Shown here piece by piece: positions 1 to 8,418 of a stretch of 64,000 nucleotides of DNA. The translations under genes were made by a program, and so were the position numbers. The notes below the pieces were generated by a model. The model made no database searches. It saw nothing but the letters and a program-made list of their open reading frames with translations, and had not been told where the DNA came from. The first letter of the stretch is position 1; every line of letters starts with the position of its first letter. The stretch is from a candidate division FCPU426 bacterium (GTDB taxonomy: Bacteria; Oederibacteriota; JAAXVQ01; JAUVAV01), in contig JBFLYH010000002.1 of NCBI GenBank assembly GCA_040756875.1, forward strand, positions 927,078-991,077. The letters run 5' to 3'.

Positions 1-1
1 G

Positions 2-649
2 GGAAAAATCGCCGCCACCGTGGCCCATGAAATCCGCAATCCGCTGACCGTGATCAGCACCAATCTGCAGCTGGTGCACGACAAACTGCCTTCCGACCAT
101 CCGGAACACGAACTGTACGCCACCATGCTGGCCAAGGTCCGCGGACTGGACCAAACCATCAAGGAAATGCTCGTGCTGGCGCGGCCGCTGCAGCTGAACC
201 CCCGGCCGCTGGCCTTGCCGGCGACGCTGGAACGGGTGCTGGTGTTCGTGGAGCGCAAGTTTGCGGCGCGCAATCTGAAAGTCAGCCTCGAGGTGCCGGA
301 ACAATTGCCTGCGGTGCTGCTGGACGAAGAGCAGGCGCAGCGCGTTTTTCTCAACTTGCTGCTGAATGCCTACCAATTCCTGCCCGAAGGCGGACGGATC
401 CGCGTTCACGGAGCGCACCAGGCCGGAGATCCTTGGGTCACCCTGAGTTTTTCCGACGACGGCCCGGGCATTGAATCCGCGCATCTGCCCCAGATTTTCG
501 AGCCTTTTTTCACCACCCGCACCGACGGCACGGGATTGGGGCTGTTCTTGGTGAAGCACATTTTGGAGGAGATGAACAGCTCCATTGAAGTCGCGAGCGC
601 CGTGAACGCCGGCACCGAGTTCCGCCTGCGCCTGCCGGTGGCCAAATAA
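2..649 (+). CDS. Sensor histidine kinase, C-terminal part (NtrB-like; 5' end lies outside the window)
   Basis: Frame is open from the window edge (GKIAATVAHEIRNPL). H-box HEIRNPL, N-box NLLLNA, DDGPGI, FEPFFTT and GTGLGL motifs. Confidence 0.93.
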   Translation, partial: GKIAATVAHEIRNPLTVISTNLQLVHDKLPSDHPEHELYATMLAKVRGLDQTIKEMLVLARPLQLNPRPLALPATLERVLVFVERKFAARNLKVSLEVPEQLPAVLLDEEQAQRVFLNLLLNAYQFLPEGGRIRVHGAHQAGDPWVTLSFSDDGPGIESAHLPQIFEPFFTTRTDGTGLGLFLVKHILEEMNSSIEVASAVNAGTEFRLRLPVAK

Positions 650-694
650 TCCCGCCCTATCTGAAGTAAATAATCCCTTCGCCAGATTGCATTT

Positions 695-793
695 GCCACA
701 GATTCACACAGTTGAACGCAGAATATGTTCCGGATATCTGGGATGAATCTTTTGACTCGAATTTCCCCGTGCGTATCAGCGTGCATCTGTGGC
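695..793. repeat. Miniature inverted-repeat (MITE/REP-like) element
   Basis: GCCACAGAT (695-703) and ATCTGTGGC (785-793) are exact reverse complements. Imperfect pairing continues inwards around an AT-richer core. Confidence 0.55.
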
Positions 794-835
794 TTCGTTC
801 TTATTGGATATCCTGTTGTGAATAAACGCCAGGGC

Positions 836-851
836 ATGGAACCAATTCCAT
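836..851. promoter_or_regulatory. Candidate enhancer-binding-protein site (UAS)
   Basis: Perfect palindrome ATGGAA-CCAA-TTCCAT about 120 bp upstream of a sigma54 motif. Related motifs at 24923 and 37239. Confidence 0.55.
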
Positions 852-965
852 AGCCAGCGGTCAAACCGGGGTTTCCATTCCCTAGCGCTGATTCCATACT
901 GGCAAGCAGCTCGCTTGAAAGGCTTTAATTGCAAGGACATTCAAGCAGTCGCGTCCGTCTGCAAA

Positions 966-982
966 TTGGCCCGCCTTTTGCA
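966..982 (+). promoter_or_regulatory. Sigma54 (-24/-12) promoter of the flgF operon
   Basis: TTGGCCCGCCTTTTGCA; GG 968-969, N10, GC 980-981. Confidence 0.7.
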
Positions 983-1024
983 TTTGTTTTTATCCACAGA
1001 GAACCGCATCCGTTGGAGGCCCGT

Positions 1025-1222
1025 ATGACGTTCACCACGCGCATGACCCAAATTCCCTGGTATGTGCATACCAGCGAACCCAGCTGGGTGTGGAAGCCGC
1101 CGCGCCGGGCCTGCAATTCCACCCGGCCTGTGCGCCGCCGGCCAAGCGCAGCCGAAGGGCGCGGCGCGGAGTGGAAGCAGGTGGCGCCGTGGCAGCGGCC
1201 CAAAAGGGAACGGGCGCGGTAA
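1025..1222 (+). CDS. Small basic Trp/Arg-rich hypothetical protein (65 aa)
   Basis: GGAGG RBS 5 nt before ATG 1025, directly downstream of the sigma54 motif, ending 25 nt before flgF. No recognisable domain. Confidence 0.4.
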   Translation: MTFTTRMTQIPWYVHTSEPSWVWKPPRRACNSTRPVRRRPSAAEGRGAEWKQVAPWQRPKRERAR

Positions 1223-1247
1223 GCGCGATTAAAGAGGAGGCAAACCG

Positions 1248-1937
1248 ATGATTACCGGCATTTACCAATCCGGCGCCGGACTGGCGACACTGCAGCAGAT
1301 GCAGGAAATCGTGGCGTACAACCTGGCCAATGTCTCGACCCGGGGATTCAAGCAGGAGGTGTGGAGCGTGAACCAGACCGAACCGACCTATCAGAACGTG
1401 ACACGCGAGCTGGATGCGCAGGCCGGGCCGCTGTCCAGCACTTCCACGCCGACGCACCTGGCGCTGGCCGGGGAAGGATACTTTACCGTGCTGACGCCGC
1501 AGGGGCCGGCTTACACCCGCAACGGACAATTCCACCTGGACCACCAGGGGCGATTGGTCACCCGCGAGGGGTTTGCAGTGCAGGGCCAGAATGGAGACGT
1601 GACGCCGGCCACTCCCGAGTTTACGGTCACGGCCGCTGGCGAAGTGGTCGTGAACGGCGAAATCACAGACCGCCTGCAGATCGTGAACGGCTCAGGCCCG
1701 GAACGCAGGCTGGGGCAGACCCTGGTCACTTGGAATTCAGCCGACCAGGTCCAGCCTCTACCGCCGGAAAAAGTGGAAGTGCTGCAGGGCATGCTCGAAG
1801 GCTCGAACGTGGACCTGGTGGAGAGCATGGTCAACTTGCTGTCCGTGGTGCGCATGTACGAAGCCAACCAGCAGGCCCTGCAGACCCAGGACAGCGCGCT
1901 GAGCCAGGCGTTGGAAGCGGGGAAGGTGCGGTTATAA
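1248..1937 (+). CDS. flgF: Flagellar basal-body rod protein FlgF
   Basis: YNLANVSTRGFK, YTRNGQF and LEGSNV motifs; lies upstream of flgG; GAGGAGG RBS. Confidence 0.85.
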   Translation: MITGIYQSGAGLATLQQMQEIVAYNLANVSTRGFKQEVWSVNQTEPTYQNVTRELDAQAGPLSSTSTPTHLALAGEGYFTVLTPQGPAYTRNGQFHLDHQGRLVTREGFAVQGQNGDVTPATPEFTVTAAGEVVVNGEITDRLQIVNGSGPERRLGQTLVTWNSADQVQPLPPEKVEVLQGMLEGSNVDLVESMVNLLSVVRMYEANQQALQTQDSALSQALEAGKVRL

Positions 1938-1947
1938 AGTGAGGAGC

Positions 1948-2070
1948 ATAGGACCGGTGCGCACGATTTCGAAAGACGGCTGCCATAGGGTGGGCAGCCT
2001 CGACTTGCGAAAAGGCATGAGTAAAAGTCCTTTTCGCAAACGCTTTCTCAATCATACGCACCGGTCCTAT
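1948..2070. repeat. Three-way-junction structured intergenic element, copy 1
   Basis: 14-bp perfect terminal inverted repeat (ATAGGACCGGTGCG/CGCACCGGTCCTAT) enclosing two hairpins. Core 1975-2043 matches 56686-56754 at 55 of 69 positions. Confidence 0.8.
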
Positions 2071-2107
2071 ACGAGAAAAGGAAAAATGGTTTAAAGGAGG
2101 AAAGAAA

Positions 2108-2881
2108 ATGTTGCGCACGCTGATGATTTCGGCCACGGGTATGAGCGCCCAACAAACGGCGCTGGACATTATTTCCCACAACCTGGCCAATGTGAACACC
2201 ACGGGGTTTAAAAGTTCGCAGGCCAATTTCGCGGACCTGTTTTACCAGCAGGTGGCTCCGGCCGAAGAAACGGACGCCGCTCAACCCGGCGGCGTGGGCT
2301 TGGGCGTCAGTCCGGCCCAGGTGGAGCGGAGTTTCACCCAGGGGCAGCTCCAAACCACGGGCAACACACTGGACCTGGCCGTGCAGGGGCAGGGGTTCTT
2401 CCAGGTGCTGCGGCCCGACGGCTCCCTGGGTTACACGCGCGACGGTTCCTTCAGCCTGAATGCCGAAGGCGTGTTGTGCACCGCGCAGGGTTGCCCGCTG
2501 GTGCCGGAAATCCGCGTGCCTGACGACACCTCCTCCATCCTGGTCGGCGCGGACGGCACGGTGAGCGTGCAGCGGGCCGGACAAAGCGGGGCGCAGGCCG
2601 TCGGCCAGCTGGAGCTGGCGGGTTTTATGAACCCCGGAGGCCTGGAGAACCTGGGACATAATTTGTATGCCTCGACCGTGGCTGCGGGCGATCCCATGGT
2701 AAACACACCCGGCCAGGACGGCTTGGGCTTGATGGTGCAGGGCAGCCTGGAGCGGTCCAACGTGAACCTGGTGGAGGAAATGGTGAATTTGATCCTGACG
2801 CAGAGGGCCTACGAGGTCAACACCAAATCCATTCAGGCCGCGGACGAGATGATGCGCATGACCAACAATCTGCGGAGGTAG
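2108..2881 (+). CDS. flgG: Flagellar distal rod protein FlgG
   Basis: SHNLANVNTTGFK, YTRDGSF, LERSNVNLVEEMVNLI and QRAYEVN motifs; 257 aa. Confidence 0.95.
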   Translation: MLRTLMISATGMSAQQTALDIISHNLANVNTTGFKSSQANFADLFYQQVAPAEETDAAQPGGVGLGVSPAQVERSFTQGQLQTTGNTLDLAVQGQGFFQVLRPDGSLGYTRDGSFSLNAEGVLCTAQGCPLVPEIRVPDDTSSILVGADGTVSVQRAGQSGAQAVGQLELAGFMNPGGLENLGHNLYASTVAAGDPMVNTPGQDGLGLMVQGSLERSNVNLVEEMVNLILTQRAYEVNTKSIQAADEMMRMTNNLRR

Positions 2882-2885
2882 TCCG

Positions 2886-3575
2886 ATGCGTCCGGCGGTT
2901 TTCATCATGCTGCTGATGCTCTTTGCTCCGGCGGCCGGAAGCGAAGCGGCCGAGAACGGGTTGGAGCAGCCGTTGGAACGCTGGCTGACCGAGCGCTTTC
3001 CGGAGTCCCGGTCGCGTTGGCAGGTGTGGGTTTTGGAAACCCGTCCCGAGGCCGTGCGGCCGGCCGACTGGTCGCAGTGGACGGTGAACGGCGAACCCCG
3101 GCCGAAAAAGATCATGCGCTTCACGCTGGCCGGGCCAGCGGGACAAACCGTGTGGGTGCAGGTGAGGGCCGTCCGCTTCGTGCGCGTGGCGGCGGCCAGG
3201 CAGGTGATCCGGCGCGGACAAACCCTGCAAACCGGGGATTGGCGCTGGGAGGAACGGAGCGCGGAGTACGCCCCCCAGGACAGTATCCGGGAAGAGGAGG
3301 CGCTGGCCGGCCAGCGCGCCGTGAAAGTCCTGGCCCGGGGGGAGATTATCACCCGGCATGCGCTGGAACCGGTTCCCGATGTCTTGAAAGGGCAGGCCTT
3401 GATCCTGCGGATCGTGGGACAGGGCGTGGTGCTCAATGCCGAGGCGCAAAGCCTGGGCGAAGGCCGGCTGGGGGAATGGATTGCCGTGAAACCGCTGGCT
3501 TCAGGCCAGACCATCCGCGCCCAGGTATTGGGTCCGGAATTGGCGCAAATCGCCCTGACACCGAGGCAGCCATGA
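2886..3575 (+). CDS. flgA: P-ring formation chaperone FlgA
   Basis: Signal peptide, SAF-like VAAARQVIRRGQ region, C-terminal G-x-LGEWIAV...SGQ; lies between flgG and flgH. Confidence 0.82.
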   Translation: MRPAVFIMLLMLFAPAAGSEAAENGLEQPLERWLTERFPESRSRWQVWVLETRPEAVRPADWSQWTVNGEPRPKKIMRFTLAGPAGQTVWVQVRAVRFVRVAAARQVIRRGQTLQTGDWRWEERSAEYAPQDSIREEEALAGQRAVKVLARGEIITRHALEPVPDVLKGQALILRIVGQGVVLNAEAQSLGEGRLGEWIAVKPLASGQTIRAQVLGPELAQIALTPRQP

Positions 3576-4174
3576 AAAACGGACGAAAAAGACGATTCCT
3601 TGCGGGTTTAAAATTGGCCTGCCTGCTGGCCGGATGCCTGTTCCTCCTGGTCCGGAGCGCGGCCGCAGAAACGCTGGCCGGCCCCAGCATGTACTCCAGC
3701 GCGCGCCAATATCAGCCCGGCGACGTTGTCACGGTGGTGGTGTCGGAAAGCGCGGAAGCACAGCAGAGCGCCTCCACCAGCCTGAACAAAGAAGCCAAAA
3801 TGGGCTACACCACCGGCGGTTTGCTGGGCACGCTGGCCCCCTCCGGCAATGTGGGCGTGACCGCGGGCCAGGAAGGCGGGGGGAACCTTTCGCGGCAGGG
3901 AGAGATGCGCGCCATGGTGGCCGCCACCGTGCGCGAAGTGATGCCCAACGGCAATTTGCGCCTGTCCGGCAGCCAGCAGATCGAATTTGACAGCGGCACC
4001 CAAATCATCCGGGTGGAAGGCGTGGCGCGGCCGCGCGACGTCAATTCGCAGAACGAGGTTTATTCCTACCGCCTGGCCGACGCCCGCATCACCTACAGCG
4101 GGGAAGGCGCGCTGCACGAAAAAGCGCGCACCGGTTTCCTGACGCGGTTGCTGGATATCCTGTGGATATTTTGA
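3572..4174 (+). CDS. flgH: Flagellar L-ring protein FlgH
   Basis: GDVVTVVVSE, VMPNGNL and LADARITYSG motifs. ATG 3572 overlaps the flgA stop; the track's longer ORF from 3017 is overextended. Confidence 0.92.
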   Translation: MKNGRKRRFLAGLKLACLLAGCLFLLVRSAAAETLAGPSMYSSARQYQPGDVVTVVVSESAEAQQSASTSLNKEAKMGYTTGGLLGTLAPSGNVGVTAGQEGGGNLSRQGEMRAMVAATVREVMPNGNLRLSGSQQIEFDSGTQIIRVEGVARPRDVNSQNEVYSYRLADARITYSGEGALHEKARTGFLTRLLDILWIF

Positions 4175-4188
4175 CGGGAGCGAAAAAG

Positions 4189-5316
4189 ATGCCCAAGCCA
4201 TTTCTGAGAAAAACGTCCGGCCCGGCCCTGTGGATGGGCCTGGGGATTGCCCTCTGCTGCTGGACGCAGGCCGTTGCCGTCGAGGTCAAGCTGGGTGACA
4301 TGGTCCGCATCCAAGGCCTGCGGGAAAACCAGGTGCTGGGTTACGGCGTGGTGGTGGGCCTGCAGGGCACGGGCGACAGCCGCGGCTCCTGGCTGACGTC
4401 CCGCTCCCTGGCGAACATGCTGGAAAAATTCGGGCTCAACTTCACGGAGCGCGAACTGCTCACGCGCAACGCGGCGGCGGTGATGGTGACCGCCACGCTC
4501 AATCCCTTCGTGCGCGAGGGCGACCGGGTGGATGTGAACATCGCTTCCGTGGGCGACGCCAAAAGCCTGCAGGGCGGCACGCTGCTGCTGACCTCCCTGG
4601 CCGCGGGCAACCAAAAAACCTACGCCTCGGCCCAGGGCCCGGTCTCGGTGGGCGGGTATTACACCGGCACTTCCCGGCAGTCCATCCAGAAAAACATCAC
4701 CACTGTGGGCGTGATTCCCGGCGGCGCCATCGTCGAGCAGGCGGTGGATGCGGTGTTTCTCAAGGAAAACCGCTTTATTTTCAACCTGGAGCGGACGGAT
4801 TTCGTCCTGGCCAACCAGGTGGTGACCCAGCTGGTAAAAAAGTTCGGCCTGGGGACGGCCCGCACCGTGAACGGCACGGACATCGAGATTTCCATTCCCG
4901 ACGCTTTTCAGCCCAATCCCGTGGGCTTCATCGCCGAGGCGTTGCAGCTCACTGTGGAGGTTCCCGAGGCCGCCCGCGTGGTCATTGACGAGCGCACGGG
5001 CACCGTGGTGATCGGCGGCGAAGTCCGCATCTCCAAGGCCGCGGTGTCCCACGGCGGCCTGCACATCGCCATTTCCGGCGAAACCAAAATTTCCCAGCCC
5101 TTGCCCCTGACCCTGGGGCACACCGTGGTGGCTGAAGAACTGTCCCTGCGCGCAGACGAACGCGAGCGCGGTTTGATGGTGTTGCCCGAAGGCACCACCA
5201 TCGAGGAACTGGTGCGGGCGCTCAATGCCGTTGGCACGCTGCCGAGGGATACGGTCGTGATTCTGGAGAATCTCAAAGCCTTGGGTGCTTTGCACGCCCA
5301 GGTGCTGGTGCGGTAG
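4189..5316 (+). CDS. flgI: Flagellar P-ring protein FlgI
   Basis: GYGVVVGLQGTGD, NAAAVMVTA, GDAKSLQGGTL and VVIDERTGTVVIG motifs. Confidence 0.96.
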   Translation: MPKPFLRKTSGPALWMGLGIALCCWTQAVAVEVKLGDMVRIQGLRENQVLGYGVVVGLQGTGDSRGSWLTSRSLANMLEKFGLNFTERELLTRNAAAVMVTATLNPFVREGDRVDVNIASVGDAKSLQGGTLLLTSLAAGNQKTYASAQGPVSVGGYYTGTSRQSIQKNITTVGVIPGGAIVEQAVDAVFLKENRFIFNLERTDFVLANQVVTQLVKKFGLGTARTVNGTDIEISIPDAFQPNPVGFIAEALQLTVEVPEAARVVIDERTGTVVIGGEVRISKAAVSHGGLHIAISGETKISQPLPLTLGHTVVAEELSLRADERERGLMVLPEGTTIEELVRALNAVGTLPRDTVVILENLKALGALHAQVLVR

Positions 5317-5439
5317 GAGTTTCCGCCGCGCTCTTTGGTTCCATGGGGGCCCTCCAGGGGGGTCTGGAGAGCTCCGCGTTCCTGAAGCGGGGACGGGCCG
5401 CTGCGGCCCGGCCCCGCAACAGGAAGGGAAAGGAAGCGT

Positions 5440-5736
5440 GTGGACTTCAGCCTGCAACTGCCCATCCTGAGCATACCTCCCGCTAGCCCGGGCCTGCAGG
5501 AAAACGCGGCCCCCCAGGCGGCTGACCGGACCACGCAAGCGTGCCAATCCTTTGCTTCGCTGCTGATTTCCGAGATTTTCTCCTCCCTGTCCAAAACCAC
5601 CCAGGCAGCCGGCAGTCAGCAGGAAGAGTGGATCTGGTCCCTAATGTCCCAAACTCTGGCTGATACCTGGAGCAAACAGGAATCCCTGGAAATCGTGGAG
5701 GCTTTGAAAAATCAAGTCCAGGGGCAAAATCCGTGA
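5440..5736 (+). CDS. flgJ: Short FlgJ-like rod-capping protein (no muramidase domain)
   Basis: Follows flgI; QACQSFASLLISEIFSSL resembles the rod-binding helix; 98 aa; GTG start. Confidence 0.55.
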   Translation: MDFSLQLPILSIPPASPGLQENAAPQAADRTTQACQSFASLLISEIFSSLSKTTQAAGSQQEEWIWSLMSQTLADTWSKQESLEIVEALKNQVQGQNP

Positions 5737-5770
5737 GAATTTCAAGGCTTTTATTCGCCCGGAACGCATT

Positions 5771-5797
5771 TAAGTTTTTGGGAATTCGGACCGATGA
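5771..5797 (+). promoter_or_regulatory. Sigma28 promoter of the flgM operon
   Basis: TAAG-N15-ACCGATGA versus consensus TAAA-N15-GCCGATAA, about 60 bp upstream of flgM. Confidence 0.65.
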
Positions 5798-5856
5798 ACA
5801 ACATGAACCCAGATTAGGTTTAGATGAGGGTAAGACCCAGAGAGGAGGCGGCAGAC

Positions 5857-6360
5857 ATGGATATCCAAGGCATACCGTCGGCATATCAGCCTGCGCCTTC
5901 GGAAAACACGAGCACAACGCGTATCCAACGCCCGGCGCCAACACCCGCGCCTGCGCCCGCAAAAGCAGCGGAGACGAAAATACCCACGCCGGCGCCGGTT
6001 GCGGACAGAGAGCTGGAATCCATCACCCAGCAAATGGACCAACTGCGGCAGTTGAGCCAAAACCGCAACGCGGTTTCGGAGATCAACCAAACGCTGAGCC
6101 AGATGCGCCAGGATTTAAAAAGCGCCAGCCAGGAACGGCTGCAGGAATTCTTCGGTACCATCAACGGCGAGGGTTCGGCCTGGCAAAACCTGACCTTGCA
6201 GGAAAAGGCCTATGAAATCAACCAGCTAAAGGACAAAATCCGCTCCCTGGAACTGGAACGGACGGCGCTGGTGCAGAATATGCGCGAACAGATACAAAGC
6301 GGCACTTACCGGGTTTCCGGCACGGAAATCCTGAAGGGCATGCTTGAGGAATATTTTTAG
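5857..6360 (+). CDS. flgM: Anti-sigma28 factor FlgM (elongated, 167 aa)
   Basis: C-terminal VQNMREQIQSGTYRVS..EILKGML motif typical of FlgM; lies before flgN; GAGGAGG RBS. Confidence 0.72.
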   Translation: MDIQGIPSAYQPAPSENTSTTRIQRPAPTPAPAPAKAAETKIPTPAPVADRELESITQQMDQLRQLSQNRNAVSEINQTLSQMRQDLKSASQERLQEFFGTINGEGSAWQNLTLQEKAYEINQLKDKIRSLELERTALVQNMREQIQSGTYRVSGTEILKGMLEEYF

Positions 6361-6439
6361 GCGGCCGTCCCCCTGAAGCGCGGCCGGCTGTCCGGACCCA
6401 AGCGTTTTTAAGGACCCATTTCAAGCGGCCGGTGACCCT

Positions 6440-6937
6440 ATGGAACTCCTGTGGGCGCAACTCCTTAATGTGATGGCCGGGCTGGAGCGCCAAGCGAAGG
6501 ATTTGACCGCCTTGGCCTGCAGCCTGAGGGAATCGCTGCTCAAGGAGGAAGTGCGCAAAATCGGCGAGTGGGTGCTGGAACAGGAACAGGAAATGCAGCG
6601 CTTTCACGATCTGGAGCGCGAGCGGGAGGCCCTGGTCCATGCCTTGGGACAGGGCTTGGGGCTTGACCCGGAATATGTGACGGCGACCGTCCTGTTGGAC
6701 CACGTGCCGCCCGCGCAGCGGGCCGAGTATAGGGCGCGCCTGGAAACCCTGAAGCGGGCGGTTGAAACCCTGAAACAGGAACAGGCGGTCAATCAAAAAT
6801 TGCTGCGGCGTTCCCAGGAATTCGTCCATTGGCTGGTGCAATACCTGATAACGCCCGAGGGGGCGGCGCCGATGTACGACCGCCAGGGCGCCAGCCAGCA
6901 GCGGAGTTATTATCATTTTGTGAACCAGGCGTTGTAG
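6440..6937 (+). CDS. flgN: Flagellar export chaperone FlgN
   Basis: Helical 165 aa with N..LL and C-terminal MYDRQG motif; between flgM and flgK. Confidence 0.8.
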   Translation: MELLWAQLLNVMAGLERQAKDLTALACSLRESLLKEEVRKIGEWVLEQEQEMQRFHDLEREREALVHALGQGLGLDPEYVTATVLLDHVPPAQRAEYRARLETLKRAVETLKQEQAVNQKLLRRSQEFVHWLVQYLITPEGAAPMYDRQGASQQRSYYHFVNQAL

Positions 6938-6974
6938 CAGCCGGCAAACCCCGCGGGGAAAGGACCGGGATTTC

Positions 6975-8393
6975 ATGTTTTACTCCACCTTTTTCGGCAT
7001 TGAAATCGGGAAACGGGCGCTGGAATCGCAGCAGATGGCGCAAACCGTGGTTTCCCACAACATCGCCAACGCCGCCACCGCCGGCTACTCCCGACAGTTG
7101 GTGTCGCTGGCCGCGACCGATCCGCTGAACATGGCGTCCCTGAACCGGCAGCAGACGCCGGGCCAGCTGGGCACGGGCGTCAATGTCAGCAGCATTTTAA
7201 GAGTGCGGGACATGATGCTCGAGGGGCAGATTCAGCGGGAAACCGGCGTGGGTGCGGCCTGGGACACCAAGAAGAGTTATCTTGGTCAGGTCGAGCAGAT
7301 CGTCCAGGAACCCACGGACCAGGGGTTGAGCCAGTCCCTGGAGGATTTTTGGGCTGCCTGGCAGGAACTGTCCGTTTATCCGGACGATATCGCGGTCCGC
7401 AATGTGCTGTTGTCCCGCGCCGAAACCGTGGTAAATCAGCTGCAATCCATGGATGCGGACCTGGAGGCCCTGCAACGCCAGGCGGACCAGGCCTTCCGGA
7501 GTCATGTCGAGCGGATCAATGAATTGGGCAGCCAGATCCGCGACCTGAACGTCCAGATCAACCAGTCCCTGGGCATGGAGACGCCGCCGAACGATTTGCT
7601 GGACAAGCGGGATGGCTTGCTGCGGGAGTTGTCCGAGCTGACGGATTTCGAAGGGCACGAAATGACCAACGGCTTGTACGCGGTCACCATCAACGGGCAC
7701 ACGCTGGTGCAGGACAATATCTTCGTGCCCCTGCAGGTGGTGGACGACCCCATGAACAACAATTACGCCATGGCCCAGTGGAGCGACGACGGCTCGACCC
7801 TGGTCTATCGGGAAGGCAAACTGGCCGGGCTGACGGAAGTCCGCGACACCTACCTGCCGGGGTACCGCAGCAGTCTCAATGACCTGGCCCTGGGGCTCAT
7901 GAACAGCATCAATCCCGTGCACGCGGCCGGCTACGCCCTGAATGCGGCCGCGCCTTCGGGACAGGTGTTTTTCACGGGCATTGACCTTCAGACCATGGCC
8001 GTGAACCCGATACTGACAGCCGACCCCACGCAGCTGGCGGCAGCCACCCAGGCGTCTGCGCCTGGCGACGGGTCCAATGCCCTGGCCATTGCCCAGCTGC
8101 AATCAGCGCTGATTTTGTCCGGCGGGACCCAGACCGCCGGGGAGTTCTATCAGGAATGGATCGCGCAGGTGGGATTGGACAGCGAGGAGAGCCAGGTAAG
8201 GCTGGACACCCAGAATCTCCTGGTTTCAGGGCTGGAACAGCAGCAGGAATCGCTCGTGGGCGTGAACCTGGACGAGGAGATGACCAACCTGATGCGCTAT
8301 CAGGACGCGTATCAGGCCGCGATCCGGGTGGTCAGCGCCATGGATGAGATGCTGAACCAGCTGATCAATCAGATGGGGCTGGTCGGGCGCTAA
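6975..8393 (+). CDS. flgK: Hook-associated protein FlgK
   Basis: SHNIANAATAGYSRQ, PNDLLDKRD and GVNLDEEMTNLMRYQ motifs. Confidence 0.96.
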   Translation: MFYSTFFGIEIGKRALESQQMAQTVVSHNIANAATAGYSRQLVSLAATDPLNMASLNRQQTPGQLGTGVNVSSILRVRDMMLEGQIQRETGVGAAWDTKKSYLGQVEQIVQEPTDQGLSQSLEDFWAAWQELSVYPDDIAVRNVLLSRAETVVNQLQSMDADLEALQRQADQAFRSHVERINELGSQIRDLNVQINQSLGMETPPNDLLDKRDGLLRELSELTDFEGHEMTNGLYAVTINGHTLVQDNIFVPLQVVDDPMNNNYAMAQWSDDGSTLVYREGKLAGLTEVRDTYLPGYRSSLNDLALGLMNSINPVHAAGYALNAAAPSGQVFFTGIDLQTMAVNPILTADPTQLAAATQASAPGDGSNALAIAQLQSALILSGGTQTAGEFYQEWIAQVGLDSEESQVRLDTQNLLVSGLEQQQESLVGVNLDEEMTNLMRYQDAYQAAIRVVSAMDEMLNQLINQMGLVGR

Positions 8394-8418
8394 TTCCGCC
8401 TGACCCCGGGAGGGAACC

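Noticed and set aside
900-915. Second sigma54 motif TGGCAAGCAGCTCGCT
   Set aside because: GG-N10-GC spacing is right but it is weaker than the 966-982 site; left uncalled.
3017-3571. N-terminal extensions in the ORF track (flgH from 3017, fliJ from 30981, flhA from 42885, NlpC/P60 from 50603)
   Set aside because: They overlap upstream genes; starts were reassigned using RBS, stop/start coupling and signal peptides.
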